From positions 544,001 through 608,000 of the forward strand of contig CAWDGJ010000003.1 of NCBI GenBank assembly GCA_963801815.1: a DNA stretch of 64,000 nucleotides. The letters are read 5' to 3'. The notes below the pieces were generated by a model, which did not search any database, had not been told where the DNA came from, and saw only the letters and a program-made list of their open reading frames with translations. Shown piece after piece: positions 50,962 through 61,312 of this stretch. Origin of the DNA: an uncultured Verrucomicrobiae bacterium (lineage in GTDB: Bacteria > Verrucomicrobiota > Verrucomicrobiia > Chthoniobacterales > UBA10450). The position numbers and the translations under genes were made by a program. Each line of letters opens with the position of its first letter. The stretch's first letter is position 1.

Positions 50962-51520
50962 TGGAGAAACTGACCGCCGCTTATCTGAGGATGAATCAAC
51001 GCGAGCGCATGATGACGATCGTCATCGCGGCGATTTTATTTCTGCTGATCAACATTTTCGTCTGGCGAATGGTTCTGGGAAGTATCGGCAATTCGCGGCG
51101 CGAACTGGCCTCCGCAAGTCCACTCGCGCGGAGCAGATCGTTTACATGAGGGAGAAGGACCTTTGGGCAAAGCGCGAAGAATGGCTGGAGAAAACTCAGC
51201 CGCCGATGAAAGGCGCCGAGGAGGCGTCGAATTTGCTCGACCAGGTCAAGCAAGTTGCCGGCAAATACAACGTGTTGATCTCGAATCCGGCGATCGGTTC
51301 CGGCGAAACAACGCCGACTCATCAGACCGTTTTCGCATCCATCGAAACCAGCAGCCACTGGCCGGACCTGGTTCATTTTCTTTACGACGTTCAACAACCG
51401 GACGCTTTCATTGTCTTTGAAAGTGTCAATCTGGCGGTGGATCCTGAAGATGCGACAACGATGACGGGAAAATTCAAGGTCGCGCGCTGGTTTGCGCCGG
51501 TGCAACGGAAGAAAGGATAA
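50958..51520 (+). CDS. GspM/PilO-like protein (frameshifted)
   Basis: MNQRERMM + TM; LVHFLYDVQQP ferredoxin-like domain. Confidence 0.6.
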
Positions 51521-51523
51521 ATT

Positions 51524-52098
51524 ATGACAATGAGTTACGTTACTGGTCGATCTTGACGCCCAGTCTGGCGCTCTTCGCCCGAGCGGACGACTTGCCGGTG
51601 AAATTGAATTTCGATCGCTACAAAGGAATGCTGGATCATTCGCCCTTCGCAGTGGCGACCGCAGTCGTCGCTCCGCCAGCGACCCCGAATTTCGCGAGGG
51701 ATCTTTACGTTACGAGTGCCGCGAAGTCTGCCGACGGCGATATGGTGACGATCGCGTCGATGACAGACAAGGAGTTCAAGAAATATCTCACGACGAAAAC
51801 GCCGGTAGACGGTTACGCGATTTCCAGCATCGAGTGGTCGGACAAAGTGGGTGAAACAAAAGTGACAATCAGTAAAGACGGCCAGTACGCTACGCTAACA
51901 TTCAATCAGGCGGAGATGTCGAAGCCGGCTGCGAACCGGCCGAACGCTGCGCTTCCTGCGCCGGTCTTCCAACAGCAACCGTCTGGTTTTCAGAGGCCAC
52001 CTGGAATGACAACACCCACCCCGCACGTCCGCGGCGTGATTCAGCGAAACCCGACGGGGCAGCCGCCAACCGCACCCAATAATTCGTCCGAAGATTAG
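51524..52098 (+). CDS. Secreted or periplasmic hypothetical protein of the T2SS cluster (GspC-like?)
   Basis: SPFAVAT motif, beta-rich middle, Pro-rich tail; 5' frameshift. Confidence 0.5.
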
Positions 52099-52121
52099 GT
52101 GACTTCGATTTTGGGCGAATG

Positions 52122-52544
52122 CTATTCGCCCCAGTCGTCATCGCCGCCACCGTTGTCATCAATACGATTTGGGCCGGCCGAGTAGAGATCGAAGCTTTCT
52201 GGATTCCTGATTCCCGGGCAGCGATAAACGTAGGGATTTTGCCACGGGTCTTTTGGCATCTCTTTGTATAGCTGATACCAACGTGACGGCCGCGGTTCGG
52301 TCGTAGCTTGCGTGACGAGTGCCTGCAAACCTTGTTCAGTCGGTGGATAAAACCCATTCATGCTTTCATACAGTTTGAGCTGCGTGCTAATACCTTGAAC
52401 GTCCGCTTGAATGCGAGTGTGCCGGGCGTATTCGACGTTGCCTCCCAATTTGTAAATTGCTGTTCCAAGCAACAGCGCAATGATCGTTACCACGATCATG
52501 ATTTCGAGCAGGGTAAAGCCCGATTCGTTGGTTGGTTTCCTCAT
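52122..52544 (-). CDS. gspG: Type II secretion major pseudopilin
   Basis: GFTLLEIMIVVTI, YPPTEQGLQALV, PKDPWQNPYVY, DLYSAGP. Confidence 0.93.
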   Translation of the reverse strand: MRKPTNESGFTLLEIMIVVTIIALLLGTAIYKLGGNVEYARHTRIQADVQGISTQLKLYESMNGFYPPTEQGLQALVTQATTEPRPSRWYQLYKEMPKDPWQNPYVYRCPGIRNPESFDLYSAGPNRIDDNGGGDDDWGE

Positions 52545-52611
52545 CTTGTGATTTAGCTCAGACACACAACGCCCCGGTGCGGTTCAATCAACTCGCGGAC
52601 ACTATTCGGAG

Positions 52612-53664
52612 TCAATGGCTGGTTTTCAGCTGATAATCCGATTTTTCCCAAAGATACTTCAATTGAACCTGCGTTCCGCGGATCGCCGATGCCGGCGTTC
52701 CCGGACCGGCGAGGACCGTCACATCGTTCGGGCCCGTTTTCAAGCTGCTCACTGGAATAAGCTTCTGCGCGCGCAACCACCCAGTGTATTGGAAATGCAT
52801 TTCTTTGACGAGCGATTCCATTTCACCGCGGTAGCCGGGATCGGCCAGTTCCGGGAGAGTTACGGTAGCGGGTCCAACGTCATCGCCATTTACATAGACT
52901 TCCGGCGGCGAATCGACTCGCGGACTTGCGACTTCAAACGTGAGCAACGCCATCAACGGTTGCGATTCAATTCCAAATTGAAATGTCGCGCCATGTTCGA
53001 CATCCGCACCCATCGAGATCGCTTCGTTCGCCAGCGTTGCTGTCACGGTTCCGAACTGCTCTGTATCCTGGTTCGGCGAGTGCAACGGTGGCATGGGCGA
53101 GAACGGTTCCGGAATCACGTCGCGATGCTCCACGTTGACTGGATGCACGACTTCACTACTCGTCATCCAATCGAGATACATTCCGCGGACGTTTTTTCCG
53201 TCACCGGGAACTTCAACGTCGACCGTCGAAATGCCTTTCATGGGAATCACGACCGAATCCGAGCTTGGCAGGCCGATACCGGAGCCGAGTGCGCCGGAAC
53301 GAAGTACTTGCGTTCCCGATTCGTCCCAGGCGACGACCTCCGGGCGTGTCTTGTCGATATCGTCGAAGAAAAGACGGACGAACATCACTTGAAAATCCTC
53401 GGAAGGGTGAGAGACCCGAATGCGAAAAATGGTTTTTCCTGCCCTATCGGAGGTCATGTCAACCGCGTCCACCCAGTCGGGCGCACTTTGCGGGCGAGAA
53501 TTCGCGGTGGGATTCTGACGCAGATCGATCCACGCGCTTTCGGAGGAATTTTGCGCAGTCGAGCCACTTTGCGGCTTCGGCAACCCGTTGCTAATCGCTT
53601 CCTGAGCAACCACGGATGAGGTTGCGCCGGCCAGAAAAAGCAGCGCGGCGAAACGGAGGACCAT
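52612..53664 (-). CDS. Secreted hypothetical beta-sandwich protein
   Basis: Signal peptide ending VVA; clean 350-aa ORF between gspF and gspG. Confidence 0.7.
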   Translation of the reverse strand: MVLRFAALLFLAGATSSVVAQEAISNGLPKPQSGSTAQNSSESAWIDLRQNPTANSRPQSAPDWVDAVDMTSDRAGKTIFRIRVSHPSEDFQVMFVRLFFDDIDKTRPEVVAWDESGTQVLRSGALGSGIGLPSSDSVVIPMKGISTVDVEVPGDGKNVRGMYLDWMTSSEVVHPVNVEHRDVIPEPFSPMPPLHSPNQDTEQFGTVTATLANEAISMGADVEHGATFQFGIESQPLMALLTFEVASPRVDSPPEVYVNGDDVGPATVTLPELADPGYRGEMESLVKEMHFQYTGWLRAQKLIPVSSLKTGPNDVTVLAGPGTPASAIRGTQVQLKYLWEKSDYQLKTSH

Positions 53665-53682
53665 TTGGCCGCGAATCGTATC

Positions 53683-54948
53683 TTAGTGCGGTCGAAACTG
53701 CAAGCTGTGCGTAACAGTAAAAACTGCGTCGAGAATGCCGTATACAACCAGACCGACAACAATCGCAATTAAGACAATTATGATCGGCGGAATCAACTGA
53801 GACACGATGGCGACGTTCCGGTCCAATTCGCGTTCGTAAACATCAGCGATCGTTTGCATGGTCTCCCCAAAGCGGCCGGTTTGTTCGCCTACCGCCATCA
53901 TATCGGTGAACAGATCCGGAAAGATCCGATTCGAACTAAGCGCTGCCGAAAGCGTCGTTCCATCGATAACGGCGCGACGCGCCTGCACCACTTTCAACTC
54001 AAGATAGCGATTGCCGGCGATTTCGCTGACCAAATCCAGCGCGCGAAGAAGGGGAATTCCATTTTGTATGAGGGTCCCTAATGTTCTCGAAAATTGTGCG
54101 TAGTAACGGTAGCGAAGTATTCGCCCATACCCTGGAACATTTAATCGAAAGCGGTCCCACGTCAGCCGGCCTTCATCGGTCCGGACGAATGCACGAAATC
54201 CGACGCCAATTCCTATCGCGATAAGCGCCCCCAGCCACCAATATCCGACGATAGCATGATGAGTGTCGATTAGAAGGCGAGTGGCGAATGGCAGAGCACC
54301 TCCAATTTGTTCAAGAAAACCTTGTAACTGCGGCACCATGTAAGTAATGAAAATCGTGATCAGCCCGGCGCCGGCGGCGGCAAGAAACGCCGGATAGATC
54401 AGCGCTTGTTGAACTCGGTCGCGCAGGTTTTTCGCCTGCATCAAGTGCTTCACCAGTCGTAGCAGGATTTCAGGCAGCGCGCCGCTGGCTTCACCGGCCG
54501 CGACTAAATTCACGTACAATGGCGGAAAGATTCTCGGCATTTCGCGCAGCGCCTGGGAAAAACTGCGGCCGTCAACCAGCGCCTGATGCAGTGCGTGTGT
54601 CATTTGCTGAACCCGCGGCTGCTTTAACCGTTTCTCCAGGATCGACAATCCCTCATCCAGCGTCATTCCAGCCTGAAGGAGATGAGCAAGTTGCTCGGTA
54701 AAAATGAGCAACTGATTGTGCGGAATTTTCAGGCTTTGTATTGGCGTCGACGATGTCGTGGATGCCGGGGCCCTTGGCGCGGCGGGCTTTCCAGTTGCCT
54801 CGGCTCGTGCATTCACAACCTCGATCTTGATTGGAATACAACGCTTCTGTTCGATCTGCCGAATAGCGATGGTGCGATCGGCGCAATCCAGCACGCCCTC
54901 GACTAAAGCGCCCTGCGCGTCACGCGCGCGATAGGAAAATTGTGGCAT
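53683..54948 (-). CDS. gspF: Type II secretion system F / PilC family protein
   Basis: FSYRARD, FTEQLAHLLQAG, AGEASGAL, ALIYPAF, VGEQTG. Confidence 0.92.
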   Translation of the reverse strand: MPQFSYRARDAQGALVEGVLDCADRTIAIRQIEQKRCIPIKIEVVNARAEATGKPAAPRAPASTTSSTPIQSLKIPHNQLLIFTEQLAHLLQAGMTLDEGLSILEKRLKQPRVQQMTHALHQALVDGRSFSQALREMPRIFPPLYVNLVAAGEASGALPEILLRLVKHLMQAKNLRDRVQQALIYPAFLAAAGAGLITIFITYMVPQLQGFLEQIGGALPFATRLLIDTHHAIVGYWWLGALIAIGIGVGFRAFVRTDEGRLTWDRFRLNVPGYGRILRYRYYAQFSRTLGTLIQNGIPLLRALDLVSEIAGNRYLELKVVQARRAVIDGTTLSAALSSNRIFPDLFTDMMAVGEQTGRFGETMQTIADVYERELDRNVAIVSQLIPPIIIVLIAIVVGLVVYGILDAVFTVTHSLQFRPH

Positions 54949-54951
54949 TGC

Positions 54952-55029
54952 TCAGAAAGTAATTTGAAATCCCCAATCCTGCCACGCCGCAAGTCCGTTG
55001 GCGGGGGCTCGGTAAGCGAACTGTGGCAT
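54952..55029 (-). pseudogene. Stranded gspF 5' end fused to repeat sequence (25-aa mini-ORF)
   Basis: MPQFAYRA versus gspF MPQFSYRA; stop 3 nt before the gspF ATG. Confidence 0.65.
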
Positions 55030-55144
55030 CGCGGTGGAAGTTAATGCGAAAATACAAAATCGAAAGTCGCGGCCGAACTGGTTGTATAAAAATATGGACA
55101 TCGCACCACTCAATGCTACTCTCCGCTCCGTTAGCGGAGTGAAC

Positions 55145-55558
55145 ATGCTGCGGGCTGCCGTTTTTCCTGGGGTCATCGCAGGTGTTGTCTCGATCTTCGC
55201 CTCCTGGCTGTGGATGGCGGTCGTATTTCACCGTTATCAGCGCGAAACACCAACCACCTGGCGTCAGAAAGGCACACGCAGTTATGTGGCGGCCAGCCTT
55301 CTCCACCTTTTCGCCGCGATCGGTATTGCCGCTCTGGTTACCCTGGTTGTTCGTTCTCACGTTGCCTCTTTTGGCGAAGGCATCGTCGGAAATCTTCGCT
55401 TCGCATTGTGCATTTGGGCTGCGATCGCGCTTCCAATTATTCTGGAGTCGGCAGTCTTCGTTCGATTACACCCGTTCGTTGTCCTCGGCCAACTCCTTGA
55501 TTGGCTCACTCTCTCGATCATCGCTTGTTTAATTACGGGCTGGTGGCTCAGGCGGTAA
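55145..55558 (+). CDS. Four-TM membrane protein (DUF1761-like)
   Basis: GGAG RBS; hydrophobic helices; start could be 55094. Confidence 0.6.
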   Translation: MLRAAVFPGVIAGVVSIFASWLWMAVVFHRYQRETPTTWRQKGTRSYVAASLLHLFAAIGIAALVTLVVRSHVASFGEGIVGNLRFALCIWAAIALPIILESAVFVRLHPFVVLGQLLDWLTLSIIACLITGWWLRR

Positions 55559-55617
55559 TCCGCCGCCGTCAGAATTGAATTTTCCATGGCACAAATGATG
55601 CAGACAGAAACAGCAAT

Positions 55618-55785
55618 ATGAGAACGTTCGCCCTCGGCGTTCTGCTAAGCCTTGCGATGATTTCGCAGGGTTTCGCGATCATTCGTCCTCCGTATCCGAT
55701 GAAACCGATGCCGCCATATCAAGGCCGGTTCATCGTGATCGGCGACGACGCGAAATCGCAGACCGCCTCCAAGTCCCCCAAATAG
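55618..55785 (+). CDS. Small secreted Pro-rich peptide (55 aa)
   Basis: MRTFALGVLLSLAMISQGFA-IIRPPYPMKPMPPYQGRFIVIGDD...; hairpin follows. Confidence 0.55.
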   Translation: MRTFALGVLLSLAMISQGFAIIRPPYPMKPMPPYQGRFIVIGDDAKSQTASKSPK

Positions 55786-55874
55786 ATTCGCGAAAGGGAA
55801 ACGCGAATGTGTTTGCGCCGGTTTATCGGCGCTTTGGCGAATTTTCTCTCTGGTAAATTCAACTTTCGGTAACG

Positions 55875-55902
55875 TTGACACGTTTTGGTCGCGCGCTACG
55901 CT
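55875..55902 (+). promoter_or_regulatory. Sigma70-like promoter for tRNA-Cys
   Basis: TTGACA-16 nt-TACGCT, 14 nt before the tRNA. Confidence 0.6.
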
Positions 55903-55916
55903 GCCCTTCCGCTAAC

Positions 55917-55988
55917 GGCGGGGTAGCCAAGTGGTAAGGCTGCGGTCTGCAAAACCGCTATTCGCGGGTTCGATTCCCGCCCCCGCCT
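55917..55988 (+). tRNA. tRNA-Cys(GCA), CCA not encoded
   Basis: GGCGGGG/CCCCGCC acceptor stem, GCGGT-CTGCAAA-ACCGC anticodon arm, GGTTCGATTCC T-arm, U73. Confidence 0.95.
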
Positions 55989-56266
55989 GATTCATCGGTG
56001 CGGGCTTGGTGGACAATACAGTTTCGTTCAACGTACTGGTTCGATTGATTCGCTCGTTCCCGTGAGCTCACCCTTCGGGCTTCGTCGATGTCGCTCGGCT
56101 CCCGCCGGCTCCATTCCCGCCCCCGCCTGATCATCGGTGCGGGCTTGGTGGACAATACAGTTTCGTTCAACGCACTGGTTCGATTGATTCGCTCGTTCCC
56201 GCGAGCTCATCCTTCGGGCTTCGTCGATGTCGCTCGGCTCCCGCCGGCTCCATTCCCGCCCCGCCT
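55973..56266 (+). repeat. tRNA-linked tandem repeat: two ~140-bp units bounded by three copies of the tRNA-Cys 3' end
   Basis: ATTCCCGCCCC(C)GCCT at 55973, 56113 and 56252; near-identical intervening units. Confidence 0.9.
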
Positions 56267-56317
56267 CGTTCATTTAACGACTTAGCGATTTCGCCAATTA
56301 ATGATTATCTTCGCCGC

Positions 56318-57600
56318 GTGACTCGCCGTTCGACCGAACTTTTTGATCGCGCACAAGCGCGCATTCCCGGCGGCGTCAATTCGCCGGTGCGCGCGTTTCG
56401 CAATGTCGGCGGCGAGCCGTTTTTCGTGGAACGCGCCGCCGGCGCGAGGATCTGGGACGTCGATGGAAAGGAATACATCGATTATGTCGGCAGCTGGGGA
56501 CCGGCGATTCTTGGACACGCGCCGAAAGTTGTGGTCGAGGCGGTTCGCGATGCCGCGACCCGCGGAGTGAGCTTTGGAATTCCAAATCCATTCGAGGTCG
56601 AGATGGCGGAACTGATCTGTCGCTGGATGCCATCGATCGAAAAGGTCCGGATGGTCAACAGCGGGACCGAGGCGACGATGTCGTGCCTTCGGCTGGCGCG
56701 CGGATTCACCGGCCGCGACAAGATCATCAAGTTCGACGGCTGCTATCATGGCCATGTCGATTCGCTCTTCGTCCAGGCGGGCAGCGGCGCACTTACCCAT
56801 GGACAACCCGACAGCGCCGGCGTTCCGAAGGCGTTCGCCGATCTCACGATCTCGCTGCCGTTCAACGACGTCGATGCTCGTCCGGAAAACATTCTCCGAA
56901 AATCAAGACGAGATCGCGGCGATCATTCTCGAGCCGATCCCGGCCAATGCCGGGCTTTATTTCCCGAAGGACGAATTTCCTGTCGAGTCTGCGCGAGGAA
57001 TGCACCAAAGCATGACGCGCTCCTGATTTTCGACGAAGTGATGACTGGATTTCGCGTCGCGCGCGGCGGTGCGCAGGAAATTTACGGAATCAAGCCCGGA
57101 CCTGACGGCGCTTGGCAAAGTCATCGGCGGCGGATTGCCGGTCGGGCGCCTTCGGTGGTCGCGCCGAAATCATGGATCAACTTTCGCCGCGATGGGCCGG
57201 TTTACCAGGCCGGGACGCTCTCGGGGAATCCGCTCGCGATGGCAGCCGGTCTCGCGCAACTGCGCGAACTGGAACGAATCGATGGCTGGAAACTCCTCGA
57301 GAAACTCGGCGCGCAACTCGAACAGGCGACGCGAGACTTGATTTCAAAGACGAAACTCGACCTCGACATTTCATCGAATCGGTTCGATGTTCTGCCTGTT
57401 TTTCTCACGCCGGACCAATTGTCGATCTGGGGAGTGCGAAGCGGAGCGATTTGAAGGTCTTCGTCCGCTTTTTTCACGCTGCCTCGAACGCGGCGTTTAT
57501 TTTGCGCCGTCGCAGTTTGAAACCGGATTTATTTCGACCGCGCACACGCGCGGACGAGATTGTGCGCACCGCCAAGGTTGTAGCCCGAGGTGCTTCAATA
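56318..57600 (+). CDS. hemL: Glutamate-1-semialdehyde 2,1-aminomutase (frameshifted; end approximate)
   Basis: [47 protein letters not shown]. Confidence 0.92.
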
Positions 57601-57604
57601 CGCT

Positions 57605-60212
57605 ATGAGCGACTCCTGATAAAAACCGCGGATCTCGCGCGTGCTTCGCAAGTTCTTCTTCGAGGGCGACCGCAAGTTTTTCGTCAAAGGCGCCACCTAC
57701 GGACCGTTCCAGCCGGACGCGAACGGCGACCATTTTGGCCGCCGGAGCAGGTGGACGTCGATCTTCGGCAAATGCGCGAAATCGGCATCAACGTGATCCG
57801 AGTTTATCACGCTCCGCCGCACTGGTTTCTGGAGAATTGCGCCGCCGCCGGAATGCGCGTCCTCATCACGCTCCCGTGGGCAAAGCACGTCGAGTTTTTG
57901 CGCGTGAAAAAAGTCCGCGACCAGATCGGGCGAATGGTGCGCACGACGGTGAAACGTACGCGGGCAATCCGGCGATCCTTGGTTATCTCGTCGGCAACGA
58001 GATCTCGAGCACCATGGTGCGCTGGCTCGGCGTGCGGCGGGTGACGGAATTCGTCGAACATCTTGTCCGCATCGGGCGCGAAGTCGATCCGGACGTTCTC
58101 TTTTCCTACGCGAGTTTTCCGCCGACGGAATATCTCCTGCCGCAGAACGTCGATTTCTTCTGCTTCAACGTTTACCTGCACAATCAGCGCGACTTCGAAA
58201 GTTACCTCCTGCGCCTGCAAAATCTGACGGAGGAACGTCCGCTCATGCTCGGCGAGTTCGGCATGGATACGATTCGCCACTCGGAGGAGGAACAGGCGGA
58301 GATGCTCGGCTGGCACGTCGACAGCGTGGTCCATTGCGGTCTGGCCGGAACGATCTTCTTTTCCTGGACCGATGAATGGTTCACCGGCGAGCAGGAGTTC
58401 ACCGATTGGGCATTCGGCATCGTCACTCGCGATCGCACAGCCGAAGAAATCGTTCTCTACACGCTGCAGGAAAAACTTGGCCAGGACGATTCCACGCTGC
58501 CGCATCGCGGCCCTCGCCGAATACGCCGTTCGTTTCGGTCATCGTCTGTTCCTACAACGGCGGACGCACGCTCGCGCGCTTGTCTCGAGTCGTTAGGCAA
58601 AATCAATTATCCGAACTACGAAGTGATTCTGGTCGACGACGGTTCGACCGACAACACCGCGGAAATCGCGGCGCAGTTTCCCACACGTCCGCTACATTCG
58701 CCAGGACCAATCACGGCCTGAGTTATGCGCGCAACACCGGCGCCGCCGCGGCCAAGGGCGAAGTCTTCGCCTACACCGATTCCGACTGCATGGCCGATCC
58801 CGACTGGCTTTATTATTTGATCGGCACGCTCCTCAGCGGCGATTACGCCGGGGTGGGCGGACCGAACGTTTCGCCGCCGGCCGGAGAACGGATCCAGGCC
58901 TGCGTCGCGGCGGCGCCGGGCGGACCGAGTCACGTCTTGCTGACCGACACCGTGGCCGAGCACATTCCCGGTTGTAACATGGCCTTTTACCGCTGGGCGT
59001 TCGACAACGTCGGCGGCTTCGATCTCGAGTATCGCAAGGCCGGCGACGACGTCGATTTCTGCTGGCGCCTGCAACAGGCAGGGTCACGTCATCGCGTTTA
59101 GCCCGACCGCGATCGTCTGGCATCATCGCCGCTTCACGCTGCGCGAATTTTCGCAAACAACAGGAAGGTTACGGCGAAGCGGAATCGATGCTGCGCTTCA
59201 AGCATCTGATTTTCTTTGGGCCGACCGGGACCGCGAAATGGCGGGGCCAAATCTACGGCTCGCCGCGCTTCAGCTGGTTCATCAATCGTCCGATCATCTA
59301 TCACGGAATTTTCGGCGAAGGATTTTTCCAGTCGATCTATCCGACGCCGCAGTCGGAAATCGCGAACTATCTCAGCAGCATCGAATGGTTCGTGCTCGAC
59401 GCTTTTTCTTGTTTGGGCTCGGAATTTTTCTGCCGGCGCTGCGGATTGTTCCCTATCTGATGCTCGGCGGCACGCTCTGCGTCGCGCTTTCCTACATGCT
59501 GCGCGCGCGAATCGAGCCGAAGTTCGACACCGTGCCGGCGCGTTTGCTCGTCATGTTCCTCGCCTTTGCGCAACCGCTGGTGCGCGGCTGGAATCCCGCT
59601 ACTTCACCTGGCTGCAATTCAAACGCACTCCGCGCGGCGTTATTCGGGACGCACGAGAAAATGCCCGCCGGAGCCAGTGGGACGCGGAAATCTGCGCGGA
59701 CGCGTCTATTGGAGCGAGGATGGGAATGGATCGACATCATCTTGCTCGAAGTCGATCTTCGCAGTTGCTCGAGGAAGAAGGCTGGCGCTACTCCGACCGA
59801 TACCGGTTGGAAGGAATGGGACATCCAGATCTACGGAAACTTTTGGTGGAGCATCATCCTTCAGACCGTGACCGAATATCACGGCGGTGGAAAATGTCTG
59901 ACGCGCGTGCGGCTTCGAAGTCGGTTTGTTACCAGCACGATAATTTTTAGCCTGGTGGCGCTTAGCATTGTCATTTATCGCCAGCTGCACATTTCACACC
60001 TCGATCTTTGGTCGGTCATTCCGTACTCACTCTTTTTGATCTTCCTGGCCTCGCGGGCACGCGCGTTGAAAGCGCGAGTTGGAGAACTGGTAGATCTCGC
60101 CGGGTATCGGGCCGGGTTGCAGCGCGTGACCCGACGTGGTCTTACGGTTTCGCTCGCCATGCCGGTTCAAGCTCTTGAAGCCATGCAAACGGACCCGGCG
60201 GCGCGAACCTGA
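57605..60212 (+). CDS. Glycoside-hydrolase-like TIM barrel + GT2 glycosyltransferase + TM fusion (multiple frameshifts)
   Basis: VKGATYGPF, GINVIRVY, YLVGNEI, LGEFG; VSVIVCSYNG, VDDGSTD, YTDSD, GCNMAF, AGDDVD. Confidence 0.75.
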
Positions 60213-60243
60213 AGTTTGGGCGATCCTGCGATTTTCGCTTCCC

Positions 60244-61167
60244 TTACCTGGCGACGGTCTCGAGCGACTTTGCAGCGACTTGAAAATCGTTCGGCGCGGA
60301 TGCTTCAAAACTTTTCCATTCTCCGGTGCGCGGATGTTGAAAACCTAGCTTCCACGCGTGCAGCATTTGTCGCGGAAACTGCCTCGTGTATTTGGCGCCG
60401 TAAATCTTGTCGCCCAGCACCGGATGGCCGAGATGGTGAAGATGGACACGGATTTGATGGGTGCGCCCGCTATGCAATCTGCATTCGACCAGACTCATTG
60501 TGTCCGAAGAACTGAGCACGTGATATTCCGTCTTCGCCGCGCGCCCGCGTTGGGACGCGATCGACATCCGTTGTCGGTGCACCGGATGCCGGCCGATTTT
60601 CTGTTCAATCGTGCCGGCACGTTTGCGCAGTCGTCCGGCCACCAGCACCAGGTAAACTTTTTCTATCGTTCGCTCGGCAAATTGGGTCGATAGCCGTCGA
60701 TGGGCTTCATCCGTTTTTGCGACAACCAGACAACCACTGGTCTCTTTGTCGAGGCGGTGCACAATTCCTGGCCGTTCCTTTCCGCCGATTCCGGAAAGCG
60801 TGGGAAAATGGTGCAGGAGGGCGTTCACCAGCGTGTGTTTTCGATGGCCCGCACCGGGATGAACCACCAAACCCGCTGGTTTGTTGATCACGATCAGGTC
60901 GTCGTCTTCGTAAAGAACGTCGAGCGGGATCGCCTCCGGTTGATTGTCGATTTTTTCCGGCGGTGGCTCGTGGATTTCGATGCGATCTCCGGCATGGACG
61001 AGATCGCGTGGCCGGGCCGGGGCGCCGTTTAGTTTCACATTTTGACTCCGAATTAGTGTTTGGACGCGCGTCCGTGAAAACTGCGGCAGCTCGCGCGCAA
61101 CGAATTGATCGAGGCGAAGGCGAGCAGGCTCTCTCGGTACAATCAGTTGAATCTCTGCAGTGTTCAC
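60244..61167 (-). CDS. rluD: RluA-family 23S rRNA pseudouridine synthase with S4 domain
   Basis: RLDQF, INKPAGLVVHP, GIVHRLDKETSG, GRTHQIRVH, QMLHA. Confidence 0.9.
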   Translation of the reverse strand: MNTAEIQLIVPREPARLRLDQFVARELPQFSRTRVQTLIRSQNVKLNGAPARPRDLVHAGDRIEIHEPPPEKIDNQPEAIPLDVLYEDDDLIVINKPAGLVVHPGAGHRKHTLVNALLHHFPTLSGIGGKERPGIVHRLDKETSGCLVVAKTDEAHRRLSTQFAERTIEKVYLVLVAGRLRKRAGTIEQKIGRHPVHRQRMSIASQRGRAAKTEYHVLSSSDTMSLVECRLHSGRTHQIRVHLHHLGHPVLGDKIYGAKYTRQFPRQMLHAWKLGFQHPRTGEWKSFEASAPNDFQVAAKSLETVAR

Positions 61168-61312
61168 TTTCCAGGGACAACATTGCCCCAGGAGTTGACG
61201 ATGTGACAATCCGAAGAAAGGGGGGTGCTCGAAGCTGGATATCGCGATCAATCGCCGACATTGGAGAGGCAAGGGGAGATGCAACTGGCGCATTTCGTGC
61301 TGGTTATGGCGC

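Noticed and set aside
48980..51560. Decay of the T2SS genes gspK/L/M
   Set aside because: Same clustered-indel pattern and flanking gsp genes are intact; it cannot be called a pseudogene without reads.
52615..53619. Long antisense ORFs (334 aa here; also 47207-48232, 23017-23850 and others)
   Set aside because: Shadow frames of GC-rich genes with no recognisable motifs.
55973..56266. CRISPR array
   Set aside because: The intervening units are near-identical and ~120 bp, the repeat is the tRNA 3' end, and no cas genes are present.
56870..59800. hemL and GH-GT2 fragmentation
   Set aside because: Dense single-base indels across adjacent unrelated genes; most likely sequencing artefact.
61170..61312. 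Riboswitch or ncRNA between rluD and the thioredoxin-like gene (GGGGTGC resembles a TPP element)
   Set aside because: The downstream CTGAGA and other conserved TPP elements are absent; probably a divergent promoter region.
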